Shown: positions 11,461-22,752 of the stretch, in pieces
How positions within the stretch are numbered: position 1 is the stretch's first letter
How the letters are laid out: each line of letters begins with the position of its first letter
Origin: an uncultured Methanosarcinaceae archaeon
GTDB taxonomy: Archaea > Halobacteriota > Methanosarcinia > Methanosarcinales > Methanosarcinaceae
Direction: 5' to 3'
Length of the DNA stretch: 64,000 nt
Assembly (NCBI GenBank): GCA_963833425.1
Contig: CAWHXP010000012.1
Span: forward strand, 1 to 64,000
Made by a program: the position numbers and the translations under genes
The notes under the pieces: model-generated
What the model was told of the DNA's origin: nothing
The model's database searches: none
Seen by the model: the letters and a program-made list of their open reading frames with translations, nothing else

Positions 11461-11755
11461 AAGAACCACGGCGATGGCCCGGAAGCCGCGACCGCACGGC
11501 GCTTCTTGGAGCGCCTCACGGCTGACGCCAAGATACACCCGCAGTAGAGCTTTCCCTCGCGCCTGTACACGTTGAAAATCCTGGCCTCTCACCTAATACT
11601 ACGCCCCAGCTAGCCCGCTGCTGGTCTCCTAACCGGCAGAACTGGCCAGCCTGTCTGTGCGTGTTTGCGCCGCGACTCTATCAGTAATAGAGTCTAAGTT
11701 GCAGGGGATCGACTTCGCTCCAAAAACAGAATAGGGATCGGAAAGGATACCGGAT

Positions 11756-12366
11756 ATGCGTAAGGCGCTGATTCTGGCGGTGGTTTTGTTCGTTGGCGTA
11801 GCGGCCTTTGCTCAGGCGCCCGCACTGACGAATGCGGACATGGCGAAGCGTGCGGACTCCTACGTCAGCAGAATGTCGCTCGAGGAGAAAATCGACTACA
11901 TTGGCGGAACGGGATTTGCTGTTCGGGCCGTCCCCTCGGTCGGCTTGCCGCCTTTCGAGATGTCCGATGGCCCCTTTGGTGTGCGCAGTAATGAACGGTT
12001 TCCTTCCACCACTTATGCGATTGGCGTCGGCCTCGCGGCGTCCGGATACCGATCTGGCGGAAAAGATCGGCGCAGCGATCGGCAGAGACGCGCCGGCCCG
12101 CGGCATTCATTTCATGCTGGGCCCCGGCGTGAACATCTACCGCTCGCCGCTAAACGGCCGCAACTTCGAGTATTTTGGAGAAGATCCATTCCTCACATCC
12201 TCGATCGCGGTTGGCTACATTAAAGGCATGCAGTCGCAGGGCGTTTCAGCCACCATCAAACACTTCCTGGGTAACAACTCCGAGTATCTGCGGCACGATT
12301 CCGATTCTTTGATTGATGAACGCACCCTGCGCGAGATCTATCTCCCTCTGTTTGAAGCGGCGGTGT
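11756..12366 (+). CDS. GH3 beta-glucosidase, N-terminal part; frameshifted and truncated
   Basis: Signal peptide, 'MSLEEKI', 'SDGPFGVR', 'LGPGVNIYRSPLNGRNFEYFGEDP', 'ATIKHF' and 'ERTLREIYLPLFEAAV'. Confidence 0.92.
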
Positions 12367-12504
12367 AGAAATAGGATGAAATACAGATTTTTTTATTAAA
12401 ATATATCTGCAGCTAAGAATCAAAAATGTTGCGTTTTTACTCTTGAAGGTAAAGAAACCCATAAAAATCATATATAAAATAAGAAAAACAGCTCCATTTA
12501 TTGA

Positions 12505-12583
12505 TAAAAGGTAGCCATTTCTCTGATTTTTAGCTATTTTTCAAGGCTAATAACAACATATAAACTAAAGCAGCTACCTTTTA
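12505..12583. repeat. Short inverted-repeat element (MITE-like)
   Basis: TAAAAGGTAGC ... GCTACCTTTTA, a perfect 11-bp inverted repeat spanning ~79 bp. Confidence 0.45.
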
Positions 12584-12677
12584 ATATTTTTAGCTATGAT
12601 CTTATTTATGAAAAAGGAATTATAGTCTCGGTCACACATTTTTCTTAGCAGCTAGTATAAGATACGGAGAATCAACA

Positions 12678-13097
12678 ATGACTGAAGAAAATAAACCTGA
12701 AGGAAAAATTGACCGCATCACGGGAATAACTGCCTGGGGAAATTTAACTATTGGCAATGTAAGTGGTCAAATTGCAGTGGGAGAAAATATAAACCAGATT
12801 CAAACGATAAACCAAACTGATTTTAAAGAACTAAGAGGAAATCTTCGTGAGTTTCAAAAGGGGATTGATAAACTCGGACTTGAACCAGAAGACCATGATA
12901 TTGTTAGTGCAAATATTAATTCCGTCATTAAAGAAGCTGAAAAAGAGGAGCCTCAACAATCAAAGATTAAAGAACTATTTGAAAGCGCAATTAAAACTAT
13001 AAAAGAAGCGGGGAAGACAATCACAAATGTTTCAGAGCTTTACGAGCCTGCTAAAAAAATAGCCAAACTATTTGGGATAGCTTTGACCTTTTTATAA
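12678..13097 (+). CDS. Small protein with an N-terminal RHIM-like motif and a C-terminal helical domain; putative NLR effector
   Basis: GGAG RBS and an intact 139-aa ORF. Residues 17-40 (ITAWGNLTIGNVSGQIAVGENINQ) match the N-terminus of the next gene. Amphipathic helices and a hydrophobic C-terminal tail follow. Confidence 0.8.
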   Translation: MTEENKPEGKIDRITGITAWGNLTIGNVSGQIAVGENINQIQTINQTDFKELRGNLREFQKGIDKLGLEPEDHDIVSANINSVIKEAEKEEPQQSKIKELFESAIKTIKEAGKTITNVSELYEPAKKIAKLFGIALTFL

Positions 13098-13121
13098 AAA
13101 TGGAAGGGGGTTTTACATTCG

Positions 13122-14939
13122 ATGAGCAAACAGCCTCTGGACAATAAAATCGTAACCGGCAGTATCGTACTAACAGCAGGTCGAGATGCCTCCATAGATG
13201 ATGTTTCAGGTCAGGTAGCCATTGGTGAATACATCAATCAATTTATGATAAAAGAACCCTCAGGAGAGGCATTAGTTAAACTGATAGCTTATCTGGAGCA
13301 AAAAAGACAAGAAGAAGCAAATCTCAAAATATTAAACAGTTATAATCCTTCTGTCCGTTCTTATTTTGATCCTAGAGTAAAAGAGTTTGTCACCACGAAT
13401 AGAGTGGAAGAATTAAACAACGCTCTCATAGATCTCCAGGATCATCGGCTTTTACTGTTTACCGGGATAGGTGGCGTTGGAAAGACAACACTAGCAAGAG
13501 CCCTTATAGATATTAGGCCAGCCAACGTACCTATGCCTTTCTGGTTTGATATCAGGCAGAATGAGAGTGCAAAACTAAGAGATATTCTAGAAAAACTTGC
13601 AGCTTATATGAAATCTCCGGATATTGCAATATTCAAGAAAGAAAAACGAGAGCCAGAAAAAAGGGATCTCGATAAACTCACTGACAAATTACAGCCAGGA
13701 AATCCTGTATGGCTTATTTTTGACAACCTGGAAACCATACTGGATGAAATCTATTTTCACGATGAATATATAGATCTGTTTTTTTACGTGTTTGCGTAAC
13801 AGTACTCACCAGGCAAGGATCATTATAACGAGTAGAACTTTCCCCAAGTTGAAAGATGGAGAATGTTTAATTGACATAATAGAAGGAGAAAAACAGGATA
13901 TCAAGGGGTTAAAGACCAATTTTGCAGTTGATTATCTTGTCAAAAATGGACTTGAGAATCTAGAATCTGATAAATTAGAAGAACTGGCTACAGGTGTGGA
14001 TGGACACCCTCTGGCACTACAACTTTTGGTAGGTCTTGTTAAGAAATTTGGAGCATCTGATACATTAAAAAATCTAATTCGATACAAGACACTCAAAGAA
14101 GGCACTATCAAAATAGCCAAAAAATTATTTGACAAACTGGCAGGGGATGAAAAGGAACTATTAGAACGCATATCAGTCTATCATAAGACTGAGACTATGA
14201 GCGCAATTGAAAAGATGTTACAGATAAGACACCCATAGGTGCTGTGGACAATCTGATAGATGAGTCACTACTAGAAACCGACCACAAAGGCAATTATTGG
14301 CTCCATCCTCTGGTACAGGAATTTGCGTATGACGATCTTAAAAACAAAACCGAAATTCACAAACTTGCAATGGAATATTACCTTTCCATACCTATTTCCG
14401 ATAAACCTGCAAAAAAAGAAAATATTCAGCCTTTAATTGAAGCTCACCATCATGCTTGCATGGCCAAAGAATATGATGAGGCTTTTGATATCATAATTAA
14501 GAACAAGCTAGATAAACTTCTTGATCTTTGGGGCAATTACACAGCACTTATTGACCTCTGCTTGAAAACATTGGCTAATGACAATTTTTCGACTAAAACA
14601 ATTTTAAAAAATGTTGTGGCTAACGGCTTAATTCTTGGAGATCTGGGGACCGCATACAATATTGGTGACTTGAGAAAAGCAATTGAATATTATGAACAGG
14701 CACTAAAAATTGCTCAAAAAACATGGAACAGGCACTAAAAATTGCTCAAGAAATCGGGGACAAGCCGAGAAGTAATTTGGCTTGGAGATCTGGGTAATGC
14801 ATATCGTGATCTTGCAGAAACGGAAAAAGCAATTGAATATTATGAACAAGGATTAGCAATTGGGAAAGAAATAGATGATAAGAACATAATTAACTTTTGT
14901 GAAGAAAATCTTAAGGCATTGAAAGACTCAAAAAGATAA
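13122..14939 (+). CDS. NB-ARC/STAND ATPase with TPR repeats (NLR-like), frameshifted at ~13785, ~14220 and ~14720-14770
   Basis: Walker A 'GIGGVGKT', Walker B 'LIFDNLE', sensor-1 'IIITSR', 'GHPLAL', MHD-like 'LHPLVQEF', and TPRs 'LGDLG.AY...KAIEYYEQ.L.I'. Confidence 0.9.
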
Positions 14940-14963
14940 ATTTTATCTTCAAACTTATAGATC

Positions 14964-15113
14964 GGTTCCGTTGCAAAAATAATATTCACTCAATTTTACA
15001 CTACAATTTTCACCTTTATATGTCATTTTCTTTCTAATGGAAACGATTAATTTTCCTAATTGTGAAGGTTTTTACTGATTTTGCAAGGAAGTCAGATTTT
15101 TTGCAACGGAACA
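14964..15113. mobile_element. IS6-family MITE, ~150 bp
   Basis: Ends GGTTCCGTTGCAAAAA ... TTTTTGCAACGGAAC match the right end of the IS6 at 57165-57180; no ORF inside. Confidence 0.8.
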
Positions 15114-15284
15114 AGATTATTTATGTAGTATCCAAATTTTATTACTGTTTTAAACTTGGAAATGAAGCATAGAAAATACAAAAAAAGAATAAACAAAAAA
15201 ATTACATGTGTTTGATATCATTATAAAATTTTGGACACCTAAAGTGTAAATATTTATAATTGTTTTTGAGTTTTACTTAACAAT

Positions 15285-17329
15285 TTATTTAAACTGTTTA
15301 TTTGTCCAGAGTCTTTTAAAATCATCGTCTTTCTTTGCTTCTTCTTTATGCGATGGGTCAAGCTCAATAGCTTTTTTTAAATTAAGGATTGAATGATCCT
15401 TGTTATTGATAATTGAATAAAAACGTGCACGATTATACCAACCCATTGAATTCTTCGGGTTAATTTCAACTACTTTATCAAATGCTTTCATTGCTTCATC
15501 AGACTTACCTAATTTGCTGAGAGCTAATCCTTTATTGTACCAAGCATATTCGTCTTGGGGGTAATTTTAATTGCTTTGTCATACGCTGCATTTGCTTCAT
15601 CAGTTTTATTTAAATTAAATAGAGCATCTCCTTTATTGGACCAAACTTCTATCTTATATGGGTAAGTTTCAATTGCTTTGTCATATGCTTTCAATGCTTC
15701 ATCATATTTACCTAAATTATACAAAGCATTCCCTTTGTTGTCCATGCATTTGAATTCTCTGGGTTAATTTCAATTGCTTTGTCATATGATTGTATCGCGT
15801 CACTAAACTTATTTAAGTCCAATAGAGAATCGCCTTTACAAATCCAAGCATCTGAATTCCGTGGTTTAATTTCAATTGCTTTGTCAAATGCTTTTATTGC
15901 TTCATCGGATTTATTTAGAGCATATAGAGCATTTCCTATATTATACCAAGCTTCTGAATACTGTGAGTTAATTTTAATTGCTTTGTCATGCGCTGAACTT
16001 GCTTCACCGTATTTATGCAAACTATCAAGAGTATTTCCCTTATTGTTCCAAAAATCTGAATCCTTTGGGTTAATTTCAATTGCTTTGTCAAATGCTTTTA
16101 ATGCTTCATTTGGTCTATTTACTTTAGTTAGAGCAAGTCCTTTATTATACCAAGCATCTGAATTTTTTGGGTTAATTTCAATTGCTTTGTCAAATGCTTT
16201 TATTGCTTCATCGTAGTGTTATCACAAGACAGACATAAAGTGACTCCTTTATTTTCCCAAGCTTTTGAATAATTCTGTAGGTTAATCTTATCTATAGGCA
16301 CTAAGTTTGTATTTGCTTCTTCAGCCTTTATAGGAGCAAGTTTTCCTATAAACTGTCCGGCGATAGGATCTGATCCGACATGCACTGTGGCCGTAACCAC
16401 GTTTGTAGCTGTGTCGATTACAGAAATGTTGTCAGCTTCACTATTTGCTACATAGACCTTTTTTCCATCTGGAGGGGTTGCAACTCCATAAGGATAAACT
16501 CCTACAGGCACTGTAGCTATAACAGTGTTTGTGGATGTGTTAATTACAGAAACAGTGTTGTTGTGAGAGTTTGTTACATATGCACTTTTCCCATTTGGAG
16601 TGACTGCAATTCCTAAAGGCCTATCCCCTACAGTCACATTGGTTGTGACATTGTTTGTTGCTGTGTCGATCACAGAAACAGTATTGTCGCTTGCAATGTT
16701 GTTCCCAGAATTTACCACATATACCTTTGTTCCATCTGGTGTGACTGCAATCACAAAAGGCCCGTTTCCTACATGCACAGTAACTGTATCAGCTTTGCCT
16801 GCGGTGTCAATTACATAAACATCGTTTCTGTCATGGTCTGTCACATATGACTTTGTTCCATCTGTACTAACTGCAACTTCATCAGCAAAGCCTCCATCTA
16901 AACCCATTGTTGTTTCTGTATCGTTATCTGTTGTGTCAAATACAGTGACGGTTTGAACACAATTGTTTGAAATATATACCTTTTTTCCATCTGGGCTGAC
17001 TGCAACTCCTTCAGGATACTCTCCTACACCTACAGTGTCTGTAACAGTATTGGTGGATGTGTTATTATAGAGACAGTTGGATCTGGATCGAACCAGTTTG
17101 CCACATATACCTTTGTTCCATCAGGGGTAACTGCAACTCCACAAGGATTGAGTCCTACAGGCACTATGGCTGTAACATTGTTTGTGGCTGTGTCGATTAC
17201 ATAGACTGTGCCCCCAAAATCAGAGCATGTCATATATGCAAATGGCGCTGCATCTATGATGCTTACTTGCATTAAGACCAAAGCTGTTGAAACTAAGGCT
17301 ATAAGATACAACTTTTGTATATTGATCAT
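15285..17329 (-). CDS. Secreted YVTN beta-propeller + TPR protein; one gene split by frameshifts
   Basis: Signal 'MINIQKLYLIALVSTALVLMQVSIIDAAPFAY', ~7 repeats of 'P.GVAVTPDGTKVYV.N...VSVIDTATN', then ~7 'AIKAFDKAIEINP..AW..KG' TPRs ending 'WYNRA..YS...LKKAIELDP'. Confidence 0.85.
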
Positions 17330-17999
17330 TCATTCCAACTCTTTTACCAATGTCATTAATTAGAAAAATCAAAGATCGTTACTTCTGATGGGAATTGATT
17401 AAAATATCAGAATTTGGAGAAAACATCGCATAAGTTCAATAAATATAAAAAATTTGAAGGGTAAATAACTAATTAAATAGCTATAAACAGTTAAGCGATA
17501 TATATATATATATATAATACTCTCAAAATAAATTTTAAATTATGGATATATTTGCAATTCGATTATATTTTTCTTTGACTAAAAAACCTGGATTAGTGGC
17601 TATGATACTTATACTGTGCACAGGTTTTATAGCAAAATATCTGCATCAATGAAAAAAATAAACACTGTTTTTGTGTTGGAGACAAAGCGCACAGAGCTAT
17701 GCAGAATTTAAAGAATTTTTGGTATACTGCCTATTTTAACTTTAGTGCTAAATTAGAGACTATTTTCAAAAATACTGTAGAATATAAGTTAAACATTTAT
17801 TTGTTTGGAGTTCTCATTCTTCAAAAACTAAATATAATCTCAACCGAAGGCTACATAGGACCAAAAAATAAATAATTAGATATCAAATTCAGCAAATTAA
17901 AGCTCTTTCATGCGATTTCCATGACATCTTGCAGAGTCACAAAATAAATAACATATTTATTACCTTAGGAACAAGCATCACTTAATTTCAAAGTAATAA

Positions 18000-18340
18000 C
18001 GAACTATAATTGTAAACAGTATAAGGTATTATGGTAGTTCTTAGTAAACTGTATTACATTGATTGGAAAACTATCTGATGTTGTAGATAGTTTACAGTAG
18101 ATATTAGCGTGAAACTGATAGTCGATTTATGCGTACCTGCACTTAATACAACTCCTGTTCTGAGCTACTGGAAACATTTCTTTTTCTGAAACAATTGCAT
18201 CTAACTGAGAGTTGCTTAATGCTGTTCCAGAGATTATGCTTAGAAGGTTAACTCCAAGTAATTGTTAGAGTTGTCTTCGTTATATTGATGCAGCAAATTA
18301 TATAATTACTGCCGTATGCAACTAAATCTAGTAAGTAGAA
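18000..18340 (-). pseudogene. Relic of a surface-protein repeat domain (ITWSNP...GTALS..QLDA type)
   Basis: Minus strand reads 'INITKTTLTITWS..IISGTALSNSQLDA...VLSAGTH' with disruptions. Confidence 0.55.
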
Positions 18341-18705
18341 ATCATTTTGAATGAACAAGTAATACATCTAGAAACAGCTAAAAAGTTAGGAGTCAAACAA
18401 TCTATCTATATTTTTAAAATATATTAAAATAAAACATGACTTTAAGTTATTAATCAACACCGAAAAATTAACCAGACTACATCAGATGTGTTTCTAATTG
18501 AAATTTTTAAATACATCGATTTTTTTGTTTATGCGTTTCAAATACCTTTTTGTATTTTTAGCTATAATCGATAGAAACTTGGATATTACCTCAAGACATT
18601 CACGACGAACCCAATAAAAATATTTAATTTTGTATAGGGCTCAGTTTGATGAGCAGAACGAAGAGAAAAAGTAAATGAAGATTATTAACTGGTGGAGATG
18701 AATAT

Positions 18706-19281
18706 ATGAAAGTTGTTGCATTTAATGGAAGCCCCAGAAAGGATGGAAACACAGCTACCTTAATTAAGCACGTCCTTGCTGAGCTTGAAAAGGAAGGAAT
18801 TAAAACAGAAACCGTGCAGATAGGAGGAAAAATTATCCATGGCTGCACTTCCTGTGGGAAATGTGTTGAAAATAAAGACAGAAAATGTGTAATAGATAAA
18901 GACATAGTAAACGACTGCATAGAAAAGATGCTCGAAGCCGAAGGTATCATTCTCGCATCTCCTACCTACTTTGCAGATCTGACCCCTGAGCTTAAAGCTC
19001 TTATAGATAGGTCAGGCTTTGTTGCCGGAGCAAATGGCGGGCTGCTCAAGAACAAAGTGGGAGCAGCAGTTGTTGCAGTAAGACGAGCAGGGTCAATTCA
19101 TGTCTTTGATTCTATCAACCATTTATTTACGATTTCCCAGATGATTATCCCAGGATCTAGTTATTGGAATATAGGTATGGGCCTTGCAGAAGGGGATGTG
19201 GAAAAAGATGAAGAAGGCATACGAACCATGCAGACTCTGGGACAAAATATGGTCTGGCTTTTGAAAAAGCTTAATGTATAA
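18706..19281 (+). CDS. Iron-sulfur flavoprotein (Isf) / flavodoxin-fold FMN reductase family
   Basis: '[10 protein letters not shown]', compact Cys motif 'CTSCGKC-x7-C', 'ASPTYF' and 'KALIDR'. Confidence 0.9.
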   Translation: MKVVAFNGSPRKDGNTATLIKHVLAELEKEGIKTETVQIGGKIIHGCTSCGKCVENKDRKCVIDKDIVNDCIEKMLEAEGIILASPTYFADLTPELKALIDRSGFVAGANGGLLKNKVGAAVVAVRRAGSIHVFDSINHLFTISQMIIPGSSYWNIGMGLAEGDVEKDEEGIRTMQTLGQNMVWLLKKLNV

Positions 19282-19323
19282 CTTAACTATGCTTCATTTA
19301 TTTCCAAGATACTTTTTGTAAAC

Positions 19324-19355
19324 TGTTACCAAGAAAAGGTAACATTACTTTTTTA
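19324..19355 (+). terminator. Hairpin plus T-run after the Isf gene
   Basis: TGTTACC-aagaaaa-GGTAACA followed by TTTTTT. Confidence 0.45.
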
Positions 19356-19969
19356 TCCAGGAAAATCAACAGTGTACCCAAAGTTCTTAAATTCGGATCG
19401 ATTCTACGTTTTTGTTCTTCATCACAAAAACAGTGTTTATTTTTTTTCATTTATTCAGAGATTTTAAGGGATAAATAGGTATTTTTTATGCATCAACGTG
19501 CCTTTACCATTTTTTTTTTGCACTACTACCCTAACTCACAAACCTAAAAGCATAGAAAAACTCATCCCTAATTTATGTCAAATGAACCAGTTCGTTTCTA
19601 GTCTAATTTGCTTTTCTGTTTACAAATATGATACTAACTTTTGTTTCATTTTCACGATTTATAGTTCAAAATGCTCCATACTTCAGATGCGGATCCCATT
19701 TTATAATAATGATACCACACATAATCATTTCTTAATATATTGATTTTATGGAATTTTCACAACTTCAATACATTTGACTATATTTTATTTCAAAATTTTC
19801 ATATTATCTATTATTAGCTTGACTAGAATTGAATTCAAAATTAGCATTGGAATCACTAAATCTAGACCTCCTTTCCTTCATATACGCGAACGAGTCTTTG
19901 TTTTTAAACATTAATTGAAACAGTTGATGATACTATAGCGTAGTTTACAATATCACTTGGAATGAAGGT

Positions 19970-20685
19970 AGTCTTCAATGTCTGATTCAAACCTACACTC
20001 AATTTAGTTCCTCCTGGTGGAGATAGACAAAGTGTCTATTTACTGAAGTAGTTGCACCTAGCTGAAAGTTGCTCAATACTTTTCCATGGGTCATGCTACT
20101 AGGGTTACTCCAAGTAATTTTAGAAATCGCCTTCATTGCATTGATTGCAACAGTTGAAGATGCTGTTTTATAGTTCATAGTATCTTTTGGCATGAGACTA
20201 ATAGTCAATGTATGCGTATCAGCGCTCAATCCGATTCATGAGGAGGATTATAGTCAAAGATTTTAGGTACCCAAGCAAATGCACCTCTTGATACCGCTCA
20301 ACGACCTCCCATAGAATATGTAAGCAGGGATACTCCAGGTAATGTAAAGGTAATTCGTGTAAGTATAAATTATCCTAAGGCAACAGAAATGTTTCCTACA
20401 GACACCTTGGCAGTAACAATGTTGCTTGCTGTGTCAATTACAGAGATAGTGTCTTCATGATTATTTGCCCATATGCCTTTGTTCCATCAGGGCAATCGCA
20501 ATTTCATCAGTCTATAGTCCTACATTTTGTAGCTGCAACAGGATTAGTGGCTGTGTCAATTACAGAAACATTGTTACTACCAGAATCGATAATGCCTATG
20601 GCTCTGCACCTGCAATACTTACCAGCATTAAAATCATAGTTATTGAAACTAAAGCTATCGGGTACAACTACCATTTATTGATCAT
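19970..20685 (-). pseudogene. Decayed YVTN / surface-repeat protein gene
   Basis: 'MINKW*LYPIALVSITMILMLVSIAGAEP*' signal, 'NVSVIDTATN' repeats and 'ITWSNPSSMTHGKVLSNFQLGA', with stops and deletions. Confidence 0.7.
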
Positions 20686-21722
20686 ACATTAAGCTCCTTT
20701 ACCCTACATCATTAATAAGAATAATTCGAAGATAGTTCTATTTGATGGGGAATAATCACAATCTAATCTAGGTATTGTAATACATCTAACTCTTGCCATT
20801 AAATAATTAAGTAGCGTAGTTATAATCTCAAATTTGTGAGTTTCTTATGCATCGATCCGTTTTTGATCAAAATATAAGAATTTAACGAAAACACCGAATA
20901 AGTTGATAAATATCTATCTTTGAAAGGCAAATGACTTTTAATAAATTTAAAATAAGACGGCCATATATAACCCATAACAAGAATTTTTTTAAAAACATAA
21001 CCACTTTCGAGATTCACTTATTTGTATTCTTATCTTTTCAGATAGATGATTATTATTTTGTAATAGGAATTTATAGGAAAACTCCCTTAACCCCCAAATA
21101 TTTACTTTTCGAAGAGAAGAAACGAATGAAAAGCCTTTAAATATCTAAAAGTCTAATAGTCCGTATTTGATTGAATCCGGTTATTTAATTGCCTAAAAAA
21201 AGATCTGGAGATCTATCAGTATCAAGAATCCATTTTGCATATCTGATCTTCAATATATGGGAATTTACGAAACTTTTGAATTCTACCATTCTCATAGATA
21301 AAACAAACAAGTTCAGCCAGAATGACTTCCCTAATGATGCATATAGCTTCGGAGTAGAATTTAGGATCAATAGCTTTAATTGACTCTCTACTATCCCACA
21401 CAAGCACAGTTTTTGTTTGAAAAACTATGAATCATTTTTTTTAGATGGCTATGTTCTACCATACATTGAAACTTTTTTTGGTTTTTTTGAAATTTAGATT
21501 AAAAGTTTTTCAAATAGCTGTTTTGCAAGTTAAAATGTTGTTGTCTTAATTATATTATTAAAATTGTTAAAAGTTTAACAACGATCAGTAATGTGGGAGT
21601 AATTTTAATGATAAATAAATATATTTTTCCGGTAGAAAAGTTTACTTTGTAGTTTGAAGTATTATTCATTTGTGTTTTTGTAGTTATTATTAAGCATTAA
21701 TATATGAACAAACATCGAGAGA

Positions 21723-22268
21723 TTGAAAATGAACGAAGCTAAATGCGATAAAGCAAGTAGAAAGCATGCAATTATTACGGTTTTAGGAATCACCGCATTG
21801 GCGCTTTTAATGCTAGTGTTTGTAGCAAGCGCAGCGCAATCTTTAAATTTTTGGTCCCATAAAGGGAGCGAGCTAATGAACTCAGAAAAGTACGATGAAG
21901 CAATAAAAGCGTATGACAAAGCAATTGAAATTAATCCACATGATTCATATGCTTGGGATGGCAAAGGCGTAGCTTTAGGGAATTTAGGCAATTTAGATGA
22001 AGCAATAACAGCATTTGATAAAGTAATTGAAATTAATCCACAGTATTCAAAAGCTTGGTACAATAAAGGACTTGCTCTAAATAAATTAAATAAACACTAT
22101 GAAGCAACAAATGCATATGAAAAAGCAATTGAAATTAATCCAAAGTATTCAATGGCTTGGTACAATAAAGCAGTTACTCTGAATAAATTAAATAAATCCG
22201 ATGAAGCGATAAAAGCATATGAAAAAGCGATTGAAATTAACCCCCAACTCAGAAGCTTGGAACAATAA
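21723..22268 (+). CDS. Secreted or membrane-anchored TPR protein
   Basis: Hydrophobic N-terminal segment and four 'EAIKAYDKAIEINP..AW..KG' repeats. Confidence 0.85.
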   Translation: MKMNEAKCDKASRKHAIITVLGITALALLMLVFVASAAQSLNFWSHKGSELMNSEKYDEAIKAYDKAIEINPHDSYAWDGKGVALGNLGNLDEAITAFDKVIEINPQYSKAWYNKGLALNKLNKHYEATNAYEKAIEINPKYSMAWYNKAVTLNKLNKSDEAIKAYEKAIEINPQLRSLEQ

Positions 22269-22752
22269 AAGTAATTTATCTAAATAAAAATAAATCAGAT
22301 TTTGGGTTGAATAGCTACTTAATTTTCATTTATTTTTATCATTCATGAGATAAATATAGCAAGTTTTTTGTTTTCCGTCACAATACATATTTCGATTAAG
22401 AAAATAAGAAGGCACATAGTTTTTTGATATAAAATATGTGTAGAAATCCTGTTGGAAATCCAATAAAATAATCGCTGTACATTTTTAAATAAAATAGAAA
22501 AACAAGAAACAAAGCAGGGGTCACGAATTTGCTGTAAATTCTAAGTTAAGTTTTTGCATAATGTGTATAACTTTCTTCTTTGATGTGTGATTTTCTACCC
22601 ATAACCCCTTGAAATTTATTATTTTATAGGCCAATTGACACACTTTCGTGGATACTACCAAGTTTGGATTATAAGGAGAATTCTGATGCAGAGAATTAAT
22701 TAATCCAATGTTATATAGATTCAAATTTATTATATATAAAAATATACACTTT

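Noticed and set aside
12360..12380. Bacterium-to-archaeon horizontal transfer boundary
   Set aside because: The GH3 gene is cut mid-domain with no mobile-element signature; concatenation is the simpler explanation.
15285..17100. Periodic repeats as a CRISPR array
   Set aside because: They are coding TPR and YVTN repeats. No constant repeat with unique spacers and no cas genes were seen anywhere in the window.
21100..21410. Short overlapping ORFs
   Set aside because: No recognisable motif; probably a gene relic, but this cannot be supported from the sequence.
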